Below are positions 36,280-49,400 of a stretch of 64,000 bases of DNA, one piece after another. Each line of letters begins with the position of its first letter. Position 1 is the stretch's first letter. This DNA comes from Leucoraja erinacea (Eukaryota), in assembly GCF_028641065.1 (NCBI RefSeq), contig NC_073404.1, positions 13,144,001 to 13,208,000 on the forward strand. Reading direction: 5' to 3'. Below the pieces are notes generated by a model. That model was not told the DNA's origin. It worked only from the letters and a program-made list of their open reading frames with translations, and made no database searches. Both the position numbers and the translations under genes were made by a program.

Positions 36280-37242
36280 ATATGATGTATATCAATGATT
36301 TGGACAAGGGGATTGAAGGCTCTGTGGCAAAATTTGCAGATGATATGAAAATAGGTGGAGGGGCAAGTAGTGTAGAAAAAGCAGGGACACTGCAGAATGA
36401 CTTGGACAGTTTGGGAGAGTGTGCAAAGAAGTGGCAGTTGGATTATAGTGCAGCCAAGTGTGGAGTCATGCATTTTGTTGGTAGGAATAAAGGTGTAGAC
36501 TATTATCTAAATGGGGTAAGAATCCAGTAATTGGAGGTGCAAAGGGACTTGGGAGTGCTGGTGCAGGATTCCTAAAAAGTTAATCTGCAAGTCAAATTGA
36601 TGGTAAAGAAAGCAAACTCAATGCTAGCATTTAGTTCAAGAGGGCTTGAGTACAAAAACAGAGTTGTATTGTTGAGGCTCTATAAGACATTGTTAAGGCG
36701 ACATTTGGAATATTGTGAACAATTTTGGGCACCATATCTGAGGAAGGATGTGCTGGCTCTGGAGAGGGTCCAGAGGAGGTTTACAAGAATAATCCCAGAA
36801 ATTAGTAGGTTAACCTATGAGTGTTTTGTCAGCACTGGGCCTGTACTCGCTGGAGCTGAGAAGAATGAGGGGGGACTTCATTGAAACATATCGAATAGTG
36901 AAAGGCTTGGATAGAATGGATGTGGAGAAAATGTTTCCACTAGTGGGAGAGTCTGGGACTAGAGGTCATGGCCTAAGCATTAAAGGGCATTCCTTTAGGA
37001 AGGAGATGAGGTGAAATTTCTTTAGTCAGAGGGTGGTGAATCTGTGGAATTCTCTGCCACAGAACGTTGTGGAGGCCATCAGTGGATATGTTTAAGGCAG
37101 AGATGGATAGATTCTTGATTAGTGCAGGTGTCAGAGATGGGGAGAAGGAGGAGAATGGGCTTAGGAGGGAGAGATGGATCAGCCATCATTGAATGGTGTA
37201 GACTTGACGGGCCGAATGGCCTAATTTTACTCCGATTCTCTA
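36280..37242 (+). mobile_element. CR1 LINE RT fragment
   Basis: YINDLDKGIEGSVAKFADDMKIGG (RT catalytic motif), LRLYKTLLRRHLEYCEQFWAPYLRKD, 3' UTR; contains stops and frameshifts. Confidence 0.9.
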
Positions 37243-37269
37243 TGATCTTGGAGACCTGGATGCTGAGGG

Positions 37270-37480
37270 TGATCGCCATGACGCATGCTCACTGTATCTT
37301 TGCTCACCGCCGCCGAGACGCATGCGCGACGCCAAGGGCTGGCGGTCCCGGACGTCCCGCCCCACTGGGTTGTGATTGGTTGCGAGTGGCGCTGGGAGGG
37401 GCGCGCTGATTGGCGCACCGTGGTGACAATGACACAGCGTTTCCGTTGCTGGGGAAAGCAGGAAGCAAGATGGCGGCGGC
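37270..37480 (+). promoter_or_regulatory. PIGS CpG-island housekeeping promoter
   Basis: NRF1-like ACGCATGCGC (37318-37327), two inverted CCAAT boxes (ATTGG near 37375 and 37409), ETS-like CAGGAAG, and YY1-type CAAGATGGCGGC overlapping the ATG. Confidence 0.75.
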
Positions 37481-37497
37481 CGAGGCCGCGACGGAAG
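37470..37497 (+). CDS. PIGS: PIGS exon 1 (coding part)
   Basis: AAGATGGCG start context; MAAAEAATE; G|gtgcgg. Confidence 0.8.
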
Positions 37498-40400
37498 GTG
37501 CGGGAGTTAACATAGTGCGGGGGCCGAGGCTCGGGCGTTGTAGCCGGTTCCGGCTCCGGCTGCCGGTTGTGGTGGGCACCGAACGGGAGATTCTCTGCCG
37601 GGGGCGAAGCTCAGTAGTGGCGGCGAGGGACCCAGCCAGGGCCTGGAGTGTTGACACTGTCCACCCGCAGGGCTTGGTTCCTTAATCACCCCGGTAACCA
37701 CATTCCTTCTAACCACCTTTCCTGGTAAGGATCCTTACCCTGCCATGGTCTGCCCTGTAGTACAGGGAAGGTGGTTGAATCCATTCCCCTCCATCCCCTT
37801 TCTATGTATTTGTGTTGCTATAGGGAGCTATCGACTTAGACCCCGCAATCTCTCTATAATGAAGAGTCTTGCCATTAACTTCCCTCTTGTACACGGCTTC
37901 AAAGTACAAGTCCAAAGTACAAACTATGATCTACCAGTTGCCAAACACATTAACTGACCTTTTCTTGATCATCGTCGCTGGCTTTGATTTGACCATTTGC
38001 ATTCATTTGTTCTTTGTACCTCTTCATATCTCTAATTTTCCTCTCCTCTGACTGTCAGTCTGAAGAAGAGTCTCAACCCGAAACAACACCTATTCCTTTC
38101 CTCCGGTGATGCTGCTTGACCTGCTGAGTTATTCCAGAATGTTGTGTCTATATTCGGTGTAAACCAGCATCTGCAGTTCCTTCTTACACATAGGAAAGTA
38201 CAGCATGGGAATAGGCCCTTTGGCGCACAATGTCGAGGCAGCATGTGTTTGGATTAAATTCCATTCACCATTTCTGCGCCCCCTCCCCCCCAACCCACAC
38301 CTGTAACTGAACTACATCTTGCTGTATAATTTGACAGCCTTCCTCATTGTCTGCAACTCCACCGATTTTGGTGTAGTCTGCAAACGTATTAACCAATGCA
38401 TCTGCATTTACATCCAAGTTGCGTATATGTATCACAAACAACACGGGTCCCAAAACAGATCCTTAAGAAACACCATTGGTCACAGACCTCCAACCAGGAT
38501 AACACTCTTCCACCACTGCTGCCTATCAATAAACTATCAAAAAGACAGTTCTGAATCCAACCTATCAAATCACTGTGGATCCCATACATCTTGATCTTCT
38601 GACTTAGTGTATCACGATAGATGTTATTATGCCTTACAAAAATCCAGTTAGGCAACATCCACCGTCCTGTCCTCATCACTCGCCTTGGTCAGAACTTCAA
38701 ATTAAAAAGTTTGTAAGACATGACTTACCAGGGACAAAGCCATGCTGATTGTCACTAATATCCTATTCTCTTCCAACTGAGAGTAAATATTATCTCAACA
38801 AATCATCTCCATTGCTTCCCTGAACATGAGGTCCACTGGTGTATAAATTCCTGGATTATCACTACTTCACAGCTGAATCAAAGGAGTAACATTCACCACT
38901 CTCCAGTCCTCCAGGACCTTGCCTGTGGAGAAAGAATACAAAGTTATTTGTTGGCTGCATAACCCTCTTTCCCAAAGGCAGTCACCCTTTTGTACCAATG
39001 TTTTTACCTCTGTTGATGCTATTTGAGTTTAGTTTGTCATTTGGTGACCCCTCTTTGACCAACACTTTGTGCCACAAATTAGATGATGTTCTATTAGCCC
39101 CACAACTAATGATATTTTGTAATCCCTCTTCTGCTCTATGGATCTGAATTTCTCGTCATGGTAATCACTATCACTGGGCAAACCCTTCCTAGAGCAATGT
39201 TGCTGACAGCACGGAGATTTGCCCCTCTGTTCCTGCTGAACAGCAAAAATCCTTTTACATTAATCTTGCATGGATTTTTTTTAATTTCACCTCACAGACT
39301 TATCAACTCTACCCCTGTCCCCACCCTCCCCAGAATCTTCCACCAAAGGGTCTATTTATTATAGTCAATTAACATACCAACCTGTATATCTTTGAGATAT
39401 AGGAGGAAACTGGAGTACTTGGGAACAACTTACACAGTCACAAGGACACCATACAAACTTCACACAGAGAGCAATGCATTCAGGGTGGAGCCAGGTTGCT
39501 GGAAGGTGGCAGTTCTTCTCGCTGTAACCCTTGTGCCTCCCTGTTCTGCTGTACATTGTCAGGAGACTTCTTCTTAGGCCCCCTTCAGTCATGGCGGACC
39601 AAGGGTGTCTCCAGGGTGCTATTCCTTATATGGAGGACGCCTGTGCGTGACTTTGTTTAACGTGGGGAGACTGATGCAGACAGCCACCCCACGGTCCTTG
39701 ACAGATTTGGGTCAGGATCCAGTGGCATGGAGTCCAAGACGACCGGAGACCCTTTTCTGCTGCCGCTTTCATCCGCCTTCCCAGCCGTTGTGACGCTCCA
39801 CTAAGGTCAGCCATCGTTCTTCGCCTGTTCCACCATTGAGGTCTTGGTTGGATTGCTCTTTGTCAGAGACCTCCTCCCCCAACCTTACCGCCATTGGTGG
39901 CCCTACCAGGAGCATAGCTCCAGACGGCATCGCTCTCAGGATTTCAGGTCCACACAAGCTTCTTCACCACGACAAGGTGACAACCCTCAAAGACTATGTC
40001 TACTGATATAATCTTGCTCCCTCATTGTCATTCAGTAACACCACTATCTCATGCTGTTTGCTGGAGTAACTCAATCTAACAAAGGCCCTGAAAGAATATA
40101 TTAGTTAATGGAAAACGCGTAAGATGAATAAATTATGACAATGTATTTTCCCACGGTTGCTTATTTTGTTTGTTTTTTCTCCGGACGACCCTTGATTTTG
40201 AAATGTTGGGCTCCTGGATCCTTTGTGGTGTGAATTGAACTGTCAACAGCAGGAAGGTTGTGAGCACAGATTACAGGGTTGCATTTTAGCACTAAGTGTT
40301 GCTCTGGCTATAATTGTAGATTGTTAAGAAAATGTAATGCTATACATTGGAATTACAGAGAATTTGTGAATTATTACACTGTGATTCATAAACAGGCATA

Positions 40401-43400
40401 GTCCTAAAGCAGCAAATATTGTTTAGAGCTATCAACGGCATAATTGTATCTTATTCTGGTCGCTTAACATAAGGAAAGAAGAGTTTATTTAGTTTATCAT
40501 TGTCATGTGTAGCGAGGTACAGTGAAAATATTTTGTCGCGTGCTAACCAGTCAGCGGAAAGTCAATACATGATTACAGTTGAGTCATCCACAGTGTACAG
40601 ATACATGATAAAGGAAATAACATGAATAATGATTAATGCAAGCCAGTAAAGTCAGATCAAAAATAGTCTGAGGTAGACAGTAGTTTAGGACTGCTCCCAA
40701 CTACTGTTGGTAGGGTGGTTCAGATATCTGATAACAGCTGGGAGGAAACTCTCCCTGAAACTGGAGGTGTGCGTTTTCGCACTCCAGAGAAGGCCTCCGT
40801 GGGTATGCAGGGCAGATTTAATCGAAGAGGAATTGTGATTTAAAAAAAATTTTTATAAATACTGCAAATCTGATATAAACAGAAAATGTTGGGTATGTTA
40901 GGCAGCACCTGTGAAGAGAAAAAACAGATGAAAAGCCATCGACTTGAACAGTTAGCATAGGAAGAAACTACAGATGCTGTTTTAAACCGAAGATAGACAA
41001 AAAACTGGAGTAGCTCAGCGGGTTGCCCAGCACCTCTGGAGAAAAGGAATAGGTGATCTTTTGGGTCTCAACCCGAAACATTACCTAGTCTTTTTCTCCA
41101 GAGATGCTGTCTGACCCGCTGAGTTACTCCGGCTTTTTGAGTCTATCTTTGACGTGAACTGTTAGTTCCCTTTTTACTATAATGGTCCCAGAGGTGAGGT
41201 ATTTCAGCTGGAAGATTGGGATTGAAGCTGAGTTTGTCCTCCCTCGAGCAAAGACTGTGAATTGTAGTTGTTCTCATCCGCAGATGGTTCGAGAGCCAGG
41301 GAGATGTAAGCATTTGGGCAGAAGCTGCACGGGAGGGACGGGGGGAATTTCTTAAACTGAAGGAATAGTTTTGCTCTGAAATTCACTGTTGAAAGGAAAT
41401 TGGATGGAACTTGAAAGCAATCAAGTTGTTGGCGAAGTTGTTTGAGAATGGGATGAACAGAATTGCTCCACTAGAAGACTTGAGGAGCCAAATAACCACT
41501 ACACGTACAGTAGCAACTGTCTTTCTATGGAGATACAAGGAACTGCAGATGCTGGAATCCCTAGCAAAACACAAAGTGCTGGAAGAACTCAGCGGGTCAG
41601 GCAGCACCTATGGATGGAATTGTTGGGTGATGTCTTGGGTCATGACCCTTCTATCATCCTCATCATGAATTTCAAAAGTAATGTGCTTTGGGGCAACAAG
41701 GAGTTCTAGAGTTGTGGATCTTTTCCATCATATCAACGATGGTGGGCAAAGGGGATGGATGGATTTCCAGGGATGGGGAAATGTGATGGAGAAAATATAA
41801 TGGAGTTTTGTTCTTAGTGACTGCCTTGATCTGGGAATTGGAATCGGCAGGGGCGGGTGAGGCACGAGTTTATAGAGATTAATATGGTAGCATTTACTGT
41901 AATAGGACTTCTCCAAAAATCTTTATTGTGTTTAGTTGATGCTTTGCAACTGAGGTGCCCGCAACTCAAAAATCTATTTTTATTTGTTCAGAAATATACC
42001 GAGGAAAGCTATCCACCAGCTGTATCACTGTGCTGATGATACTGGTTGGGCTGCCTCTCTGGTGGAAGACCACAGAGACCTATCGTGCCTCGCTGCCTTA
42101 CAGCCAGATCAGCGAGCTAGACCTTCTCTTGGTAAGGGTTCATTATGTTGCTAGTATCATGGACTTGTGCATCTGTCTGCATGTGCAGCTTTGCGGTAGC
42201 ACTGTGTTTAATGACAAATGCCTCATCTGTAGAGTGAGCCCCATAAGCTGTGCACCACAGGTATCGACAATGTAGGTGAATCCAAGTAGGTCAGCCAGAC
42301 TTAACATACTGGTGTCTGGGTTAGGAATTGAAAGGTAATAATAATAATAATAAATTTTATTTGCGGGCGCCTTTCAAAGTCTCAAGGACACCTTACAGAA
42401 ATTAACAAGAGAGAAAAAGCATATAGTCGAAGTAAAATAAATAATAAGGACATCACCAGTACACAAATTAAAGACAGAATTCGCTCCAAAGACAAAAAAA
42501 TCAAAAACACAATGTGAAGAGAGAGCAGCGGCAGCTAAACCACGCCAGCGTCCACTCTCCCTTCCGACAGCCATCTTGGACACAAACTAACATATTCACA
42601 TTACACACAAAAAACATCCCCCCACAATGGTTACCACTGTGGGGGAAGGCACAATGTCCAGTCCCCATCCCCAGTTTTCCCAGAGTCGGGCCTATTGAGG
42701 CCTCCACAGTTGCCTCTACGGAGGCCCGATGTTCCTGGCCGCTCTGGCCAGGTGCTGTTGCTCTGTCGTCGGGAGAGTCCTCTCAGCGGCTGGGCCACCT
42801 GGAACGGCCGCTTCCAAACTGGGGACCGCGGCTTCCGAAGCCGACAAGGCCGCGCTGGTTTGGAGTGTAGTTTGGAGAAAGGTAGTGGAGAGAGTTTTGA
42901 ACAGGAGTAGTGTATGCCTCGATAGTGTATAATAAGAATCTTTTTCACATGGTAGGGGTGTCTTGGACATAGGGCATGGGTTTAAGGTGAGAGGGAGCAG
43001 ATTTATAAGGATTGGAAGGGAATTTTTAACACTTGGTGGAGGCAAAGACTCTCATAGCATTCAAGCAACCTTTAGACATGTACTTAAATCCTTGTGGCAT
43101 AGAAGGCCACAAACTAATGTGGGTCAATGGGGTTAGTTTAGGAAGGTGCAATTGGTGGAATAGTGTGTATATCTGCTGTACGATTGTATAACTGTGTTTT
43201 GATTGCTCCCTGTAGCTGGACATAAGTGTGCCAGTGGAGGTGGTCTTTGCGAAAGGCACACTGACAGCAGAGCAACAGAAAAAGCTGCTGCCACAGACCC
43301 AGTTCAGCCAGAGGCAGAATCAGCTGGATGGTGAGTGACTAGCCGGGTCGAGTTGAGTTCATTGTCGCATGCACAAGTATGGTCAGATACAGGGACAGTG

Positions 43401-46400
43401 AAGATAGACACAAAATGCTGCAGGAACTAAGCGGGTCAGGCAGCATCACTGGAGGAAAGGAATAGGTGACTGAGAGCTCTCAGACTGAAGAAGGGTCTCG
43501 ACTCAAAACGTCACCTATTCGTTTTCTTCAGAGATGCTGCCTGTCCCCCTGAGTTACACCAGTTTTTGTGTCTATCTTTGGTGTAAACCAGCATCTGCTT
43601 GTTTCTTTATACAGATACAATGATGCTTACAGATGAATCACATGCACATAGCCTCAGACAGGACACAAAATATGAATTGTAATTGGTGCCAATTACATAT
43701 AAATTCCATAAGAGTTAAAGGAAAAAGACTGTAAAAAATAACGGAAATAAATCCATAGTAGTGCAAGAGGTGGTCAGTCGCGGTCCATTGCTGAGAGGAT
43801 TAGCGTTGTGCAGGTCTGTTCAAGAACCTGATAGTTGTAGGAACATAGTTGTTCTTGAAACTGGACTTTAGGCTTCTGTATCTCCTACCCGATGGTAGCA
43901 GCGACCTGAGAGGGTAAGAGGACATGGCCTGGATGGTGGCGATCCTTGATCATAGTTGCTGCCTTCTTGAGGCAGCACCTGATGTAGACGCTTTCGAGGC
44001 TGGGGGGGGGGGGGGGGAGAGAGGGCTGTGCCTGTGATGGACTGGGCTGAGTCCACCGCCCTCTGTAGCCTCTTGTGTTCCTGTGCGTTGGAATTGCTCG
44101 GCCAGGCCATGATGCAACCAGTCAAGAACAGAAAACTGAATACTGAATCCGAGTGAGATCTTGCTCTCAGTTTGGTTTATTGTCACATGTACCGAGGTAC
44201 AGTGAAAACCTTTGTTGCGCCCTCAACAAGGTTGGCCCTCAAACGTTTCTGTGTGTTACTGATGCTTGAACGAGCGAAACTGAACATTTACCAGCACCAT
44301 TTCCAAGACTCATTCCGCCCCCAAGCAAGAGTGAGTCGCCACCAGGCAGGTGGTGTTTTGACCAGTTAGTTGATCACGGTCAGATTGCTGGGCTCAGTGA
44401 CCCAGACCTGCACCTGCCCTCCACTCTCCACTTGTTGACCACCTGCACCTGCATCAAGTCAGGCCAAGTTTAGCCACAGTTCTCTGTGTGGGCACTGAAT
44501 CTGAGGAGCTTGCTGTCAGCAGTAGTATTACTGTTGTGTCTGTATCACCATCTGATCCTTGTACAAATTTGTTCCGTTCCATTTAATCCTTGTTCTGTCT
44601 TACCTTGCAGATAAAACAGGGTTCAAGTATCGGTACGAGAAGACGTACAGAGCTGTAACTGGGTTAGAGCAAGATGCCATAATGAGCAAAAATGTAGAAG
44701 GTACGGGTTCTTTGCCATGAATCTATTTTCCTTCTCCGACTGATGTTATAAACCTTAAATAGAATGAAACCTAAAAAGGTAAGAGCAGAAGTAGGTCATT
44801 CAGCGTTTGAACCTGCTCAGCGATTCAGTACAATTGTGGCTGCTTCTTCATTGGTGCCATATTCCCATGCTCTCCCAAATCTATCATTCAGGTTATACCT
44901 TGTTTTCGATTTATGTTTTTCCATACAAGAATGTGTCCATATCGAGCTGTCTCCATCATGTGTATGCCTACTCGTTTAACTTTCCCAAATGGCCCTGATG
45001 CCTCCATTCGTCGTCCGTACAATCCCACCCAGTGTCTTCAGCAAACAGAATACGTGAGACCATAAGATGTAAAGGCAAGAAAAAGGCCATTCAGCCCTTT
45101 CAAGTCTCATTTGCTGTTCTCCTTAACAATGTTTTCCTGCCCTTCCACGCATTCCTAGATTCCCTGAATGTAACCTCAGTTCTGCAGTATCCGAGCTGAT
45201 TGTCCCCTCTTGTATTTTCAGAGGCAGTTGTCACTTTGTCCCAGGTTTACGAGAGTCCGGCGGGGTCGGTGGTGATATACGTGGTGCCTGCTGATTCCCA
45301 GCTTCTGCCGGACGAGGCCACGGTTTACATCGGGAAGCACCGGGCCAGCTTCCTGCGCTCCCCTGTGACTGCGTCGCACAGTGTGGAGGACGTACTTCAG
45401 GACATCGACGACCGTGTGGAGGATATCCTGCAGACCGTGTCCTTCACCGACGACATGGTGGCTGCGGCATTGTCCAGCCGCGTTCCCTCAGGGAGTTCCG
45501 GCACTGACAGCTTCACCACCAGTATTCCAGCGTTCAAATCCAGCCTCGGTGAGGACAGTGTGCTGTTTTCTTCCAATTGTTTGTCCTCACCTGCACTGAG
45601 GGTGTGCATTACAGCTGCAAGCCATACTCCAGTGCTTTGCCCAAGAATCGAGGCAGTGGGGGCACGATTTCAACCTAATAACACATAACGATGGAATCAT
45701 GCTGTACCATGTTCATCACCACTGAAGCCTAAACATGAATAGGCTGATATCATTAGGTTAAGCTGCAACTCCAATTAAACTGGGGATCGTCATTGCTGAT
45801 TTGAATCCTCTCGGCTAACACTCAGAGCAACTCAACATCTTGCACAAACATTGGTCATATTGCTTGGGGTGGTTCTTGGGAAGGAAGGTTGTATAGCAAC
45901 AGAGACTCCGCAGAGATTCTCCATCCTAGAATGGAGATCTGTATCACTGGAACGTAGGAGGCTAATGGGTTATATAGAGACGTTCATAAAATGATGAAGA
46001 GCATAGACAGGATTGAGTGATATTTCTCAGGCTCGGGGAGTCTAGAACCAGAGGGCACAAGGTTTACGGTGAATGGGAGAGATTTAAAGGGGATCTGAGA
46101 GAGAGTTTTCACACAGAGGGTGGTGAATAGATGGAGCGAACTGGAGACTCCATCAAAGGAAGTGGTGGGGCCATACTATTACAGTAAAAGGCATGTTAGC
46201 TTGGAAATGCTTAAGGTCCTATCAATTACATTATTGGGCCGAATTTTACTCTGGATTTAAAGTAACTGTAAAGGGTTAGGTACATGGTTACGCCCTGGTC
46301 AGGTGTAGCTTCAAGCCTCAGCAAGTGAACCGTGATGGTCATTGGGGGTTTGTCTGTATATTTATTTATGGAGAAAGTAAACGTTATTAACTTATCAATT

Positions 46401-49400
46401 ACATTAATAATTACTATTTAAACAGTAACCATGGTCAGGTGCAGCAAGTGCCGTGATGGTCATTGGTTTGTCTGTATATTTATTTATTGGAGATCGCTTG
46501 AATTTCTGGGGGGGGGTTCTACCCTTTTTCAGGCTATGAAATCACCTTCAGTCTGTTGAATCCTGATCCCAAGTCCCACGATGTTTGCTGGGATATCAAG
46601 CGAGCTGTGGAGAATTACGTGCAGCCCTTCCTGGACAAGCTGTCCTTTGTTGCCAACTTTTCCGTGGACTCTCAGGTAGGACTGAGTTGGCTGCACCTCC
46701 TGTAACCCTGCATCAGGCAGTGTGGGGTTGGACACGTGCAGGACTGCAGTGCTGCCTGTCAGGGGTGGCGGGAGAAGAGGGAACCACAGCAAATCAACAC
46801 CATAGATACCTTTTGATTGATATAATCATCCTCCCTCAGCCTCATATTGTCGCAAAGCACTTGGCAATCGATGAAGAGCAGACACAGTTGTAATGGAGGG
46901 AATTTGACAACCATCCATCATCATTAAACAACAGATAAATTAATAATCAGATCACTTCTTTTTGAAGAAGGGTCTCGACCTGAAACGTCAGTCTGAAGAA
47001 GACTCTCGACCCAAAGTCACCCATTCCTTCTCTCCAGATATGCTGAGTTTCTCCAGCTTTTTTTGTCTATCTTCACTTCTTTAACAGCTGTCCACTGGGG
47101 CTACATAAGCAGTACAGATGATGATTATATCATGTAATAAGATCTTGTAATTCAGCACAATATTAGACTGCCAGGTGCAGGGTTACTATCCTTCAACTGA
47201 AAGCACAATATCTAAGCCTTAGGATTATGTAGGAGTTGGGGAAATGAGATGGGATTTTAAAGATGATCTCTCACTTCCATGGTCTTCAGTATGGTCACAA
47301 GATTTTCAGTTTTGTGTGCACTAAGGTATCCTAACTCTTTGTGACTCATGCCCTTCCTTTTGCAGATACTGTATTATGCAGTTCTCGGCGTGACACCGCG
47401 CTTCGACAAGTCCTCGTCCAGCTTCTCATTGACTGAGGAGAGCTTACCCCATGTGATCAATCCAGTTGAAGCCAAACTCGGTAAGAATGTTAGTCTGCTC
47501 GCTCAATAAACTTAATGGACATAAGCATTTCAGTCTTCGCAGGCTGATCGGAATGAACTAGTGCAAGGGAGCTGGAAGTGGATCTGGGAGCTGGATTCGG
47601 TACTAGCTTCAGATTACATAGGCGCATGAAGAGGATAAGTTGCCAGGCTCTGGGGAAACAACAAGCAAATCAGACTGATACAGTTTGTCAAAGAGGTGGT
47701 GACGTGAATGACCCGATCTTCAGATTCTCGTGTTATCAGTGTTTAATATTTACTTAATAATATTTTTTTCTTATTTTTTATTCCAGTTTTCCAGTATTTG
47801 ATTGTTTTACTTTTTTACTCCAGTATTGGCTGAAGTTGTTTTAACCACGATTGCAGCATGAATGAGATTAGCTCAGCCTCTATACGGTTTCATTCATTGT
47901 CGATCTCTGACGGGTTAAATAATGCCAGTTCCCATTGTGAACCCCTCCCTGAATCACTATTCTCCATCTCCTTAGTGAGCACAGAACTGTTTAGGAAAAT
48001 GCTGGAAATTTTCAGCTGGTCAGGCGGTATTAGTGGGAAGAGAACCAGAGGCAACCTGGTAAACCTGTTCTTACACATGGCTGATGTCTTTGGTGAAATC
48101 AATTCTCTTAATTCTAGTTATTGGCACATTGACTGTAGTTGGAAAAGAATGGGTTGCGTGTGAGATGGTAATTTTTGAATGCTCAGTCTGCACATTGTTA
48201 ACAAAACAAACAATCATCAGAAGGCAGATTATTATCTGAATGGTGTCAGATTGGTAAAACGGGAGGTGCAACGAGACCTGATGTCCTTGTAGATCAGTCA
48301 CTGAAAGTAAGCAGAGCGTTCAAGAGGGAACTGCAGATGCTGGAAGATCGAAGGTACACAAAATTGCTGGAGAAACTCAGCGGGTGCAGCAGCATCTATG
48401 CAAGAAGGGTTTCGGCCCGAAACATCGCCTATTTCCTTCGGAAGAAGGGTTTCGGCCCGAAACATCGCCTATTTCCTTCGCTCCATAGATGCTGCTGCAC
48501 CTGCTGAGTTTCTCCAGCAATTTTGTGTACTGAAAGTAAGCATGCAGGTACAGCAGGCAGTGAAGAAAGCTAATAGCATGTTGGCCTTCATGTTGAGAGG
48601 ATTTGAGTTTAGGAGCAAGGAGCTTCTACAGCAGTTGTACAGGGCCCTGGTGAGACTTCACCTGCAGTTTTGTGTGCAGTTTTGGTATCTTGATTTGAGG
48701 AAGGACATTATTACTATTGAGGGAGTGCAGCAGGTTAATTCCCAGGATGGCGGGACTGACATATGATAAGAAATGGGTTGTATTCACTGGAATTTAGAAG
48801 GATAAGAGGGGTTTTTATAGAAACATAAAATTCTTCAGGGATTGGACAGGCTAGATGCAGGAAAAATGTTTCTAATGTTGGGGGAGTCCAGAACCTGGGG
48901 TCACAGTTTCAGAATAAGGGGTAGGCCATTTAAGACTGAGACGAGGAAAAACATTTTCACCCAGAGAACTGTGAATTTGTGGAATTCTCTGCCACAGAAG
49001 GTAGTGGAGGCCAATTCACGGGATGTTTTCAAGAGAGAGTTAGATTTAGCTCTTAGGGCTAAAGGAAGCAAGAGATAGCAGGAATGTGGTACTGATTTTA
49101 GATGATCAGCCATGATCATATTGCTGGCTCGAAGGGCCGAATGGCCTACTCCTGCACTTATTTTCTATGTTTCTATCTGGGATTTATACTGTGGGTAAAG
49201 ATGATTGCAGGGGGGGCAGGGAGAAGCTGCCAGTGGACAAGAAGCCTGAATGACCCTTCTTTCTGTTTGTCGCCAGGGTCCAATGTTGCTTCGTCCTATC
49301 CGGTTTTAAATTTTCTTCTGTATGTACCTGAATACTCTCACTCTCCTCTGTACATCCGTGACAGCAGTGGATCTCCCCTCGAATCCAACGCCTTTCACAG

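Noticed and set aside
36276-37014. Reverse-transcriptase ORFs as an active element or novel RT system
   Set aside because: 5'-truncated CR1 fragment with stops and frameshifts; an ordinary dead copy.
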